Below are positions 40,275 through 53,900 of a stretch of 60,000 nt of DNA, in pieces (the stretch's first letter is position 1; the number at the start of each line of letters is the position of its first letter). The translations under genes were made by a program, and so were the position numbers. This DNA comes from Schmidtea polychroa. Taxonomy: Eukaryota. The stretch is taken from positions 7,442,001 to 7,502,000 of the forward strand of contig CM097885.1 in the NCBI GenBank assembly GCA_044892525.1, written 5' to 3'. A model generated the notes under the pieces. That model worked only from the letters and a program-made list of their open reading frames with translations. It did no database searches and was not told where the DNA came from.

Positions 40275-43200
40275 AATTAATTCGCGTACCGGTAGCTGCT
40301 TTCCCGTGTACCGGTACTGGTACGCGTACCCAAGGTTGGGCATCCCTGATATAGACTATCAATAAGATTTTTTTAACATATGATCTGCTTTTTTGTTTAG
40401 AATTTTATTTATCTTCATTTCAACTATAGATCAATCATATTTATCTTTTTGTTTCACATTTGATTTTTTCTTAATTCAATAATTAGTGGTACCAATACGT
40501 TATAATAGTGGCATAATAATAATTGTAATAATAATTATGTTAATAATTATAATAATAATTACGATAATAATTATAATATATCAATGTTTATTTTTATTAT
40601 TTAAATAACATTTAGCACTTACAAAAAACAGTAGCGAAAATTTGTGTTAAATAAAAGAAAAATGGACATTGATTCAGAGAGGAAATGAAAATAAGTGACA
40701 GGTTGCAAAGTTACTCAAGGGGAAATCACCTTTTATATGAAAACCAATTATTGGGTAATCATTATTTGACATATTTTGGGGGATTATTGGATCATAACTA
40801 AATTCTTGGACTTTTATTATTCTGGTGTTTTTATTGATTTTTATTGTTCTCCCGTTTTATTTTGTGGTTTTTATATTACCTCAACAGTATTATTAATTTT
40901 TTGATTCTTGCATGATCGTAAGATTTCGTCTTTGATGTCGTTTACTAAGGAGGGACATGTTATAAAATGAGCAAAAACACTTTTTGAAAAAATTATTTAA
41001 CTAATTTTTGTTTCTACTACGACCATTATTTTATGTGGGACAATAATGAGTTAACATACCTTATTTACATTTCATTCATTTTCATTTCTTTTCATAACAT
41101 AAATCAATATTTCGTTTATATTTAACACAGATTTTAAACACAGCTTATTTCAAGCGTTTGGAAAAAATATTTCAAAACATTTAAACAACATAATGTTTTA
41201 ATTTTACTATCAAAAAAGTTTCAACAAAAACTTTTTTTTTTAATTCTTTTATTGCCAGACGCTAGCCTATTGTTTCCATCATTGAATTCTGGGACTTTCA
41301 TTCCAGTATTCATGAAAGAAGTGAATTACACAAATACTGAAGAAGTCATGACATTTATCAAGCAACTTCGAGTTTCCGAGATTATTTTAGCCTCAGAATT
41401 TGATCTCGTTAGCAAAGTTATAAATCAGGTTATTTATATTTGTTTATTATTGCGTTTTCTAGAAAGTTATGGTAAAATATATTTCCCCCTTAATTGCGTA
41501 CAAAAAGAATTGCAAATAAAAATTAAATGCGCAAGAAATTGTTTACAGCACATAAAATATTAAACGTAAAAAATTCAAAGAAATACATTAAAAATATATT
41601 AAAAATCAATATTTTTCGGAGGAAAAAGTATGTACTGGGGGAAAATCATCATGACAAACGGGACGATATATGGGAACTCAGAAAAGAAAACGGAAGTAAA
41701 AAGAAATAAAAAATGAGAAAGATAAATCAAATAAAAGAAAACAAACAAGATATTAAAACAAAGGTCATTGTTAATTAAAAAGTACAAATGAAGGTGAAAT
41801 TTCAAATTCCAGAAAAACAAAATATGGTAAAAAGCCATAACTTGACAGCTTGTCAAAGATAGCGAAATTGCCGGGAGAAAGCAGCTTAACAAAAAATGAA
41901 AATGGAAAAATATCTCGACATCTGTCAGAGATAAGGCTGAAGTAGCGGGGAATACAGAGGAAAATGAAAATGGAAAACAAAATCTGTCTCTAGTGCCACA
42001 AATGAAATGGACTTTATAAAGCGAAATAGTTGACCGAGAAATCAGAACAAAATTAGGAAAAGTAGGAACAAAATTAGAAACAAAATTAGACAACGTCAGA
42101 CGAAACGTTGTTGGAGAAACGATTTGTGGAAAATAATTGTAAAGAAAATAATTGTGAAGAATAATTATTGGAGAAGATTTGAAGAAAAGAATTAGTTGAA
42201 AAATTAAACAAAAAGAAGTTACTTGAGTATTTGAATAAAGTTCTTAAGGTCAAAGAAAAGAACCAGCTCGAAGTCCCAGTTGATAAACCAATCAGTAATT
42301 TGTGATCTTTCAATCCGGTGTTATACACAAGTGCTATTCCTCACTGAGTTTTGTAATAAGCATTGTATAGTTACCAAGCAGAGTGGTGAATTTATTGTCA
42401 GTGTAAAGTGAAAGTTATTTGTGATTATCAATAAAGATTTCTGTTGTCAAGTGTTATTTGTGGGCCAGTCAAAAACACAATTGGAGTCAGATTAAACATT
42501 TAATTTTATCACCAACCCAATAACCCAACAGTTTCATTTTTTTTAAAAAAAGGTATTGGGGAATTAATGGAAGATTATTAGAGGTTGTACAGTACATATA
42601 TATACATGCACGCACCTAAAATTATATTGGGGGGGGAGTTAAACAAAATAAGAAACTAAAAAATTCTTTTACTTTTCTCATTTGCAGAAAATTTGCGTTT
42701 GGTTTCCTGAATTTTTCCAATGCTTTCGATTTTTCGTCTGAATTCAATGCTTTATTCCTATATTCTCCAATATCGTGCAAATTGCTTGGAACTGTTTCAG
42801 GCAACATGTTAGAAGATTGGCGAATACTAGACATTTTGAAATTTAAATATTATATAGTAAGGAAGGATGCATATATGGTACATATACAGAACAAAAAGTG
42901 ATGATGAACTATGGAGAGATGATATTAGAATTCGATCCTTAAAAATTCTGATGTGACTTATTAACTCATTTATTTGTGTGTTATTATTAATTTTAAGAAA
43001 AAATTGTCAGTTCAGAAAGCAATTTAAAAAAATTTAATAAAGTTATTAATTGTCAGTATCAAGTAATTTCAGGAAAGCAACTAAATCGACTCTATTCATT
43101 ACCGAACCCAGAAGCAGTAGTGAAAGAGTTGTGAATTCCAAGTTGTATTTCAGACAAATATTTCCACCCGAAGGACTGCATTAATCACATTGTAAATTGA

Positions 43201-46200
43201 TAATCGATTGTTCTGATCAATAAAATTCTGTATCCCCTTAGAATACGTTATTGTTATCAACTAAAGCACGCTTTGGAGTCAGATCAATAATTGTTAAATT
43301 TCAATTTTCACCGACAGTCCAAACACTTTTAAAGCTTACTGCAACGCGAAAGAATAATATCTTACATTCATGCACTGTACGAAAGGCATTTTAATTTATT
43401 ATCAACATTATTATACCTAAATATATGAAATTCAATCATCATTTAGCATCCTAACCTTTTCATATAATAAAAATGTTAAGTATTTTCCAACCTAGGCAAT
43501 TCTGTCAAACACGCTCAATGGGGTATATCACTGGTTTGTGGTCAGCAAGGATCTTGAAATGTTTTCCTGCAACATGTGCAAAACTGGAAGTTTCTTTCTC
43601 TTTCATAAAAAGATTGAAAATATGACACTTTTTAACAAAATCAAGGCCATCAATAGTTCGGTGTCATCCACATATAGAGCAGTTAATATATTATTAATAT
43701 AAATATTTATAACTCGTTATTATAACGTACTCTAGATTGATATGGTATATGCGTACCAAACTGGCCAAGTCCTTGGAGAGGCCATTTCTAAAGCGAAATT
43801 ACAAAACTTATGGGGACCTTCCTCATCCTATTTCAGTTGTTGGAATAGCTCAACGTCTATGAATATGGTCAGATACAATCTGGTGATGGAGTTAATAAAA
43901 AACGTAACAATTACATATTTGATCTTGAACATGCTAACCTAAAACGGCAATAATAATATAATTTATTAAACGAAAAAATATTTAGATTTCAAGTCCTGGA
44001 ATTCTTGGAGAACTTAACTTTAATAAAACAATTCAAAATCAAGTTTCAAAGATAATGGTATCCGAAGTAACTCTTGGTACAAGCCCAGTGACGGTGGACA
44101 GAATTATGTGGACGAGGAAAGATGGAATAGGAATCTACAATTTCTCATTGAACATCCTTACTCAAAAACAATTAAGAATTTTGGTCATTCCAGTTATGAA
44201 ATAATTTAACATATCTCAAAACTTTATTCTCATTCTTTTTTATTAAGGAGCCTCCATTTGTAATTAAAACAACGAACAATACTTTTGAAGGCTATAGCAT
44301 TGATATTGTTGCAAAGTTGGCGGAATATATGAATTTTAATTACACGTTCTATGAACAACTGGATGGACAATATGGATCTGTGACAGACAATGGGACCTTT
44401 ACAGGGTTGATAGGAGAACTCGCCAATAAGAACTACGATATGGCAGTTGGAGCGATTACCATAACTTCAGAAAGAGAAAGAGTTGTAGATTTCAGTATTC
44501 CTTACTACGATTATGCTGCCATTCAAATATTAATGAAAAAAATTACAACTAGTACAAAAGGAGATCAGGCATTCTTTTTGAAAGCATTTACATGGGAGGT
44601 GTGGGCAACAGTAATAGCGACAATAATAGGAACAGGATTTTTAATATGTTTCGTAGACAGGTACTATTCTTTATATGAGTGTGGTGGCCGTATTTAATGG
44701 CATGTTAATATGTAAAAATTCTAATATCATTTATTTTTCTTAATTCTAAATAAAGTCATTAAACTACTTGATGTAGTAAAACAAACAAAACCCTCGGCAT
44801 ATTAACAAAATTATTAATTTCCAAAAAAGAATGGAATCACAAGGAAAAGTGCACGCAGTCGAGAATAATACAAATAAATGGGGCGATTTTTCTTGACTTT
44901 ATTGGATCCTAAGTTCGACCGTACGTACGAAAATTTTAATGCGAAAAAACGTACAATACGTGTACGAATTTTTATTTTGGATTAATAAACACCGTAAGGT
45001 CGATTTATTCGATATATTCAAATAAATTAATTTTAAATTCTTTTTATAAACATTTGGCCTCCAAATATTGGAATCTAAATATATAAAGATGAAAGTTTGT
45101 TTGTTTGTTGCCCATAGAATTCACCACCGTTGGACCTAGGGCGCTGAAATTTTGCACGTGACCCTCATTTGATTCGGGACAGGTTATAGGTTAAGTTTCA
45201 ACCCCAGGTGACCACCCATAGGGTACCTTAAGTCGGTTTGTTTATCTGTCCGGTCAGCAATTTACCATATAAATAATAATTTATTATATGCTTGCTACTT
45301 GCAGTTGAAAGTAATATAATTTAGTCAAAAGTTTTCAAAGCAGAATTCAAACATGGAGAATTTGAATTTTTTTAGATTAGTGAACCAGTTTGCAATTGGA
45401 AAAATATTGCCAGTTATTTTTCGATTTAAATTGGAGTGTGTTTTCGATATTTCAGATTGAAATTTATTTTGAAAGCTTTTCTTATTGTGAATTAAACATG
45501 GAATTGAAGCTGTTATAAAATTAATACTGGAACGTAATAACATCATTAAACAAAAAATTAATTTAAATGAATTATTATAATAAATGTAAATTCGGGAGAA
45601 GCCGGGTACAACAGCTAGTATATTATAAAATAAAGAAATATTAAACTTTTTATCATTTCATTCCTAAAAATATTTAAAAATAGAAAATCATCTTTGTTTT
45701 AAGCACAATAAAAATAATTTATCAAATTGGATGCACATTTTAATAATCTTAGGAATTTTAAAAATCTTGTTCTTCCATGCCAATTTAATTCTCCTCACTC
45801 CATTCCACGCTCCCTGTGACGTAATCCACTTCCTCAACTTTGTCCATTATGTGTGTGTTTAAATGAACATAAACCATTTTCTCGATAACTGCCGTCACTC
45901 ACAATTGTACCCATTTTGACATTCAAGTCACTAAAAATAGAATCTTGAACTCGCTTTTCCCCTTCTTTGTATTCTTTGTCAGGCAATGTTGTTCGTATAG
46001 GATGATCAGATGGGCACTTATATTTTAGTCCATCTGTACATCTCTGTGAAATATTGGTTGTTAACGACTTTAAAACTAACACCAGTGCTATAGGTCATTC
46101 TTGCAATAGATTCATCTGCTCTGTTTTATTGAATTTTTCAAACATGTCGGATAGCTTCAGTTGCTTCCCGGATGATAATGATTTTGTTTTTGTTCCCTCA

Positions 46201-47891
46201 CTCGCTTTTCTGATTGTTTAGCAGCATCTATTGTCTTAAAATTTTCCAATATTCTTACTAGCACCTTTACACATTTTGCTACACCAGTTATTGCTTCAAT
46301 ATCCATTTGCGCTCAGATACGATTACTGCCGCCCAAAATGACTTAGAACAATATAAGCATTGTTCTTGAAAGTCATTTTATGTCTTTACAAGAAAAATAA
46401 TATGATCCCACTCTCTTTCTTTATTATGAGATCTTTATTTTATGTATATAAAGCAATATTTAAAATTAGAAATACGAGAAATAAATTACTTTGTTTCTCT
46501 TATTGTTTATTATGGAAATTCAATACAATATTGCTTATATATACAATAATAATAATAATAAATTATTATTATTATTATTTAAAACAATAAAGTGATAATT
46601 TAAGCCTTTTGATGCGAATAATGGTTTTAATGATAGTCCATGTCAATCTCCTGGAATTTAGCAATCTTCTTTCCGCAAATACTTCTCGATCTCTCTTTTA
46701 TTTTCTTTTTCTTACTTCTCATTGGTTAAAATATAATATAATGATCTACTTTCTTTTTCTGAATGTTTTAAAAAATTTTATTTAAAATTAAAGTTATAAT
46801 TAAATATCCTTTAAAATATAAAATTCAAAATGAAACACCAACCAAAATTTTTAAATTTTTAAAGCTTCTATAATTTAGGCCTACATTAATAAAATATATT
46901 ATAAAATATTTTAAAATATTTATAAAATAAAGCTTCCAATAACTATTAATTTACGCGATTTAAATATTTTTACAAATGTGTCAATTTTGATTTTTAATTC
47001 TTATCATTTGAAAGCATATTTCCAAAAATTTCTATATTATTTTAATTATTACTTTTTATTAATTTTTTAATATTTTTTATATATTATCAGTTATTCTCAA
47101 GGTCAATGACAACAGATCAAATTGATGATTCTATTGATTTCTTTTTTAGTGTTGATCTTTAGCTGTCTATTTATAATGAGAATTGCTTCTTTGAATCTGA
47201 CATTTTTCTTGAATGTTTCCATTGGCTACGATTTCGATTGAAATATTTTTTCTTTCTTTTTTTGGTTGACATTGTTGGGATGTCTGTTTACCGACGATTT
47301 CCCACCAGGATCTAGATGTTCTTTAACTCTCTGGTGCAAGGTCCTGAGTGTACTTCCAATGTATATTTCCTTGCATACATTGCACGTGATAGACAATGTT
47401 TTTTCTAAAGCACATATCTTTCGGTGTCTGGTAGTTTTTCAATGTGCAATTGCTTTCCTTATTTGTGTTGTTTGACAGAGCTTTTCTCAATGTCCAAGAT
47501 TTATGTGCTATCCGAATTGGAAGACCGGTGCTTTTAAGTTCTTTCAAAATCTTGAATGTGATATTAAGATAAAAATATTTCTTCTTCCTTTGTGTCAATT
47601 CCCTAGATCTTTTTGGGTAGAATTCATTCTTTCTATATTTTCACCTTGATATCCATTTCTGTGTATGATTTTATTGAAATTTGATTGCTGTTTAAAGTTC
47701 TCGTTTCCTTCAGTGCATCGATTAGCTATCTTTTGTTTCTCGTTTTTTACTTTCTGTACTTTCTGTAAGTATGGAAGCGCTGATCTTTGGTGCATAATAA
47801 AAGAAATAGTCAAATCCTCGCAGCAAAAGGCTTAAATTATCACTTTATTGTTTTAAATAATAAATGCTGCTACCAAGAAATCATCACTTTA

Positions 47892-47946
<55 letters not shown>

Positions 47947-50900
47947 TTTATTATTTTTATTATTATTATTATTAGTATTTTCAAAGATATTATTATTTTT
48001 AAAGTATTATTAATATTAATAGTTTCAAAGTATATATAATAAATATATAATAAATCGCTGTTTTGATGGTCACTATTTTTAACCACTTGCTATTTTGTGA
48101 TCGCGGTTTTGATGATTGATGTTTTGTGATCGCTATTATTAACCTACGCCAAATATTGTAATGTGTTTGAAAGTATCTTAAAGAAAAGCAAATAATAATT
48201 GATGTTTTTGAAGAGAAATGTTACTAAATTAATTTCAACATGAGATGTGTCAAATCCTCATTAGAATAGACTCGAGTAAGTTGTGGAGGTTTGGCTCTAC
48301 CCAAATTTTGTCGTGGTGTTTTACGTTATTTGCTGGTCGTTGTCCGTCAAGGATTGAAATAATTGAGCAAGGATGTGATGATATTGTTTCTGATAATTGG
48401 AGAATCTAATTAAAAACTGATTAATTAATAAATTAAACTATTGCTGATCATATTAATCATTTTAGTAGGAAAACAAAATCATCGAGTCTGACATGCGTAA
48501 TATCAAGCAGCACCTCGCCAATCAAACTAATTATATTTAATTCAGAAATACAAATTGCCAGATTGCGTAGAATTACAGATATAGCATTTCAGAGGGAAAT
48601 GATTAATGATGACCGCATCATATATAAAGAAAAATTAACTTGACTAAATTTGCAAATTTTGGTAGAAGAGAAAATTTAAGAAAAGAGTTGTAGAAAGTAT
48701 TAGCAACATATGTTCATTATTACCGACAATATTCACAAGTGGTTAATTATTAAGAATGGTTTGAGGTGGTCTTCTTTAGGATTACTCACTATTAGGATCA
48801 AACTGTTGGGTAAATAACATTTAAAAAATTTATCGGGTCGGGTCTTGTTTTTTTGGATAAAGACACACGGGGGGGTCAAATTGTATTTGTATTCTTGCCA
48901 AAATTGTTTATATACCAAATATTATTTATAAAGATATTATATATAAGGAGAAAGAATATAATAAAAACTTGAAAACTGAGATGATTTTGTAACTTTTGAG
49001 GATGAAGATTTCTTTAACTTCTAAGACCGACATATTATTTATGTTCAGTAGCCCTAGTTCCGACTCACATATCCTAGTATCCTAAATATTTTGCATAAAT
49101 TTTAATAAAGATATATTCACTCTTTAAGAGTCAGCCCGTTCAGTTTCCAAAATAGACTAAAAAACAATGAGATCCGAGAGGGAGAAGCCGACGGTAAGAT
49201 ATTTACAATTAAAGAATCGATGTGGTTTGTTCTTGGAGCTTATACTCAAGCAGGTAACATTAATAATCAAAAGAAGTCCTTAATCCAATCTTTATTTAAC
49301 AGGAGAGAGTTTTGACCCTCGTTCAATCTCATGTCGTGTGATTGTAGTTGGACTATGGTTGTTTGCGTACCTTATGATGGCCATGTACACTGCCAACTTA
49401 TCCGCTCAATTGACTGTTGCAAAATTAGCAAGTAGGCCAGGATCATTACAAGAACTTGCTGCCCAGCAATCTATGTTATACACTACTCAGAGCAACACTT
49501 CAATTCACGACGTATACTTATAATAATAAATACTACTATCAGTTTTGTAATTAATATATAGTATTTCTACAGAATGATGAGAGCTGAAGCAGATATATTT
49601 ACTTTCTGGACGGAAAAGGGTATAAATAATCTCGATAAACCTAAAGAAGCTGCACTAATGTCCACATGGAAGTATCCAATAGAAGAAAGATATACAAATA
49701 TGTACAATCGAATGAGTGCTTGGGGATTCACTGCAAACATTTCCGAAAGTATCAAAATGATAATTGAGGTTATTTTAATTTTAATAATATATCTGATAAC
49801 TCTTGCAAGGCTATTGCAAGACTCATTCAATATTCTAAGCAAGAAATATCGATCGCATAAGGTTTTATTACCACTTATCACCCACCGCAAGCGATGTTGG
49901 TACTGTGCATTAGCGGGTGTCCGTCAGCAAAAGATGAGTCACATTTATAGGGCTGCTAGTACCTTCACTCGTATTTGAGTCCACGAGCTTTATGTAGAAG
50001 GTATCACGATCTAATTCATCATTATCACTTTATCATCGAGAAAATTTAGTGAGACATAGATTATCTAAGGAATCACAGATTTTTATTCTTGCAATTAAAT
50101 AACGATCTAGACTACAGTTTCCTTTAAACCAAAAACAAAGAATAAGTACAAGATACACGAGTCAAATGAACCAATTTATTGCAAATTACTCAAGTAGATT
50201 TTGTCTATAAATTCTTGAGATTGTTCAGTGATAAGGGTGCCTTTGAGCTGTCTCAGTTAACTTTGTTCATTCTTTACCTAACTAAGCTTGCCATTTTTTT
50301 TTCGCAGCAGCCGATTGGAGGATTGGTCGATTATTGGAAGTGTTGGGTATGTTGTGCCTGTCTTTATAATTGCATGACTCCTTGGTGTCCTTTTATTAAG
50401 CAAATCGAACAATCCAACACAATAATATTTATTCGAAATTATCACAATTCTCTAATTGTTTTTGTCTTCTCAATTTCAAAAATAATCGGGTCAACTCAGG
50501 TGTTACTGGTCTAAAATATAAAGTATTACAATTACAAAATTTACTTTTCGTTTTAATTTTGATTTTTCAATAATCAATTTCTACAATTTTATTTTCACGT
50601 CGCTTCAATAATAAAATCACCACTTTCATAATTCTTCAATAATATTCACACTTTAAATACAATTTTCCACTTCAATATTTTTTGCTTTACAAATTTACAA
50701 TATTTCTCCCAATTTCACAATGTCTCGCCGACTTTTATCACATCGGTAGTACTCAATATTTTGATCTAACACCTCACAATCTGAATAAATTCTCACCGAT
50801 CTTTGATAACGTCAAGCTAACCAAATATGTTGGTTATTATGACTTCTTGGTGTTCATTTATTAAGCAAATCGAACAATCCAACTCTATAATATTTATTTG

Positions 50901-53900
50901 AAATTATCACAATAACACTTTACTTTTATTACACACTTTAATGAAACAATCTCCGTTTACATAACTTTAAATAACTCGTTTTACCCTGCAAACTTTTCAT
51001 TTCCAACCAGAATCTTGAGCAGGGATAAATCTTCGAACGGGAGATGTCCCTTTCTAGTACGCTAGATTCAAAACGATATGGTTAGCACTAAGTTAAATTC
51101 TCATTTGCTCACTTTCACTGTAATATCACTTTTCTTTTTCCTGCCAACTGGCAATTCTGTTTACTTGACAGTCGTTTTAATACCCGTCTCGTAATTTAAT
51201 TATCTCCTTATCAAATTATTTTTATTACTTTCCCCCGAGCTTCCTCAAGCCGACCTAATTGGTTTGGGCAATTTATTCATTTTTTGATGTCGAACCCAAT
51301 TTAATTACTCATCGGCTAATTCGATTGCCTCTACGTAATTTGATTAACCACTCGGATCCTCTCACACTGCTCGGGTTTGCAACTAGCTCGGGTTTGCCAC
51401 TGGCTCGGGTTTGCCACTGGCTCGGGTTTTCTATTAGCTAATTTTTTTTAATTAATTTTAGTTTTTTGTAATTATTTCCTTCTAGGGATCCCCATTAACT
51501 TTATGTTTATTGTATGTCTCACTGTTCGGCATCCGCCCATACCAGTTTCCCCCGAAAATACTCATTTTTTAATATTTTGTTTTTTTTTAATTACTAATTT
51601 TGTATTATAAATTATTATTGTCAATTTGATGTTTTTATTGATTTTTAACTCAATTTTGTGCATCTCTCGTTGAACTCAACAGAGGTAATTCTGAAGCAGC
51701 TGAAAAGAGGGCATTTCTTTAATCCGAAGTTAATGAATAGATAAGAATTTATATTGAAATAATGAAAAAACATTGGATTTGACATCAATATGTTTTGAAT
51801 TTACCCACTTTCCGTGGTCGGATCGATCTGAAGTTTTGGAAGAATGCGATTACGAATCAATTACAAATCTACCTGCCAAATTTCAGCTCAATCCGATCAC
51901 GGAAAGTAGGTTGATTTGATCTCACAAAATTTGAGCGGCACATACAAATATAGAAACAGCAGTCAAGTTAATATAGAGAGTAAAAAAAGCTTTAAATAGA
52001 GGTCTTCTAGATAGACCACTAGATCAAAAGCCATGTTTTCAGAAACTTTGAAGGTCCTATAATTATTTGTAACGCAGGGAAACTGATTTTGATTGTAGAT
52101 TAAAAATATATTAATTTTGGTATACATACATTTGTTTTCAGAATGATTGGGCACTATTCCTAGAAACTCCAATTATCAAGTACTACACAAACCGGGACTG
52201 CCAACTTACTGCAGTTGGGGAACCTTTTAGTCAACGTCCGTATGGAATCGTCCTACAGAACAATTCTCCACTTCTCAATGAATTGAATTTAAGGTTACTT
52301 TGTTGTACATCATTTAGATAAAAATCACAAAATATACCTCGTCTCTAAACCTTTGCAAAAAGTATTCGAATCCTCACTTGCTTTCAGGATATATTATCAA
52401 TTCCATAATATAGATATCATTTAGAAAGAGTTCCGTGAAGTTTAACTGTCGTTATAATTTCGTGAAATAATGAACAAATTGCTGGGGTTAGTGTGGGCTA
52501 TGTAAGGGGTTCCCAGAATGTTGGCCGTGGCTATCTGTCCAATGGTCCTTCATCACGCGGATTTCTTTAATTTCCGAAAGTGAATAATATCCTTGATTCT
52601 TCTTGTCAAAGTTCATAAACATAAAAGAATAAAAATAGCAATTAGTTAATAAATTTATCAAATTATTTGCCATTTCAGGATACTCATACTGCAGCGAGAC
52701 CGAATACTCGAACAATTGAAAGTCAAATGGTGGAACAGTGACAAAGCTGTATGTCCCACAATTGATTCTAGCGCCGGTATTTAAGTTTAATATAATTCCA
52801 CAATTCAGTATTGTTATCTTCATAAATATTAAGGACTCGGCTTGGATACCCTTGGTGGTGCCTTTGCATTTTTAGCCGTTGGTATTGGAATTGCTGGGAT
52901 TATTTTCATTGGCGAGAAAATCGTTGCTAAGATTTGGGGCACTGAGTGGGCAGCAGCAGTAAGTAATGTAATGATATCATTTCTTTCAGTAAAATCTTTG
53001 ATGTGGAGTTTTCTTTCCTGCTTTTATGAAGCATAAACTCAAATATAATAATATGATCAAAGATGATCGTTTCAAATACACATGTTTTCATTCTTATATT
53101 CCCATGTTTTCATTATTATATTCCCATAAAAATAAATAAATGTTAACATATATTTAAATATTTATATAAATAAAAAACTATCAAAACAATTTATAAACAA
53201 AAATAAAGCGTATAAATATTTATTTATATAAACATTTCTCTTTTAAAGCTTTATCTAGCCACCTACGCATATTCAGATAAAAACCCTCGCAATGATTAGA
53301 ATAATCCGTTCCTGCTGTTAATAGATTATCTTAACACATTTCGATTGTTCTTTCTGTGTTATTTAATCGTAAATCATGAAAACGTGATTTAATCATAGAA
53401 AAAAATTCTTCTATTGGGTTAAGTTCTGGTGAATTAGGCACAAGATATTTTATTGGTATTTGCAAATCCGAAAAAGTTCGCAATACGGTAGAAGATTTGT
53501 GAATTCTCGCATTGTCCATAACCAAAATTTTATGAGGATACCTTCTAATATATGGCAATAGCTTCTCAGTAATATAGTTTATAAAACTTTCTGAGTTATA
53601 TGCACCAGTTTTATATTCATATGCTATCACACCTTCATACCCAATAGCACACATTAAACTTATATTAGTGCCTTTATTGGCCCGCACTTGCACATATGCT
53701 TTAACATTTTCAGCAGAATAACCATAATATCTGCGGGAATGTTGATTAAATCCAGTTTCATCCAAAAAAATTATATTTTCATTGTTTATTCTGGATATTT
53801 CAGATGCATAAATTGTTCCAGCATCAATATTTCTCTCAATATTTTTCTCTATTGGTACCAATGTCAACCTCTTTCTACTAAATCCTATTTTTCTGATTTT

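Noticed and set aside
42622..42834. Possible hAT-Tip100 transposase N-terminal fragment
   Set aside because: Resemblance is weak and no termini were found.
52488..52823. 111-aa minus-strand ORF (also 49567..49890 and 51963..52172)
   Set aside because: Antisense shadows of receptor exons.
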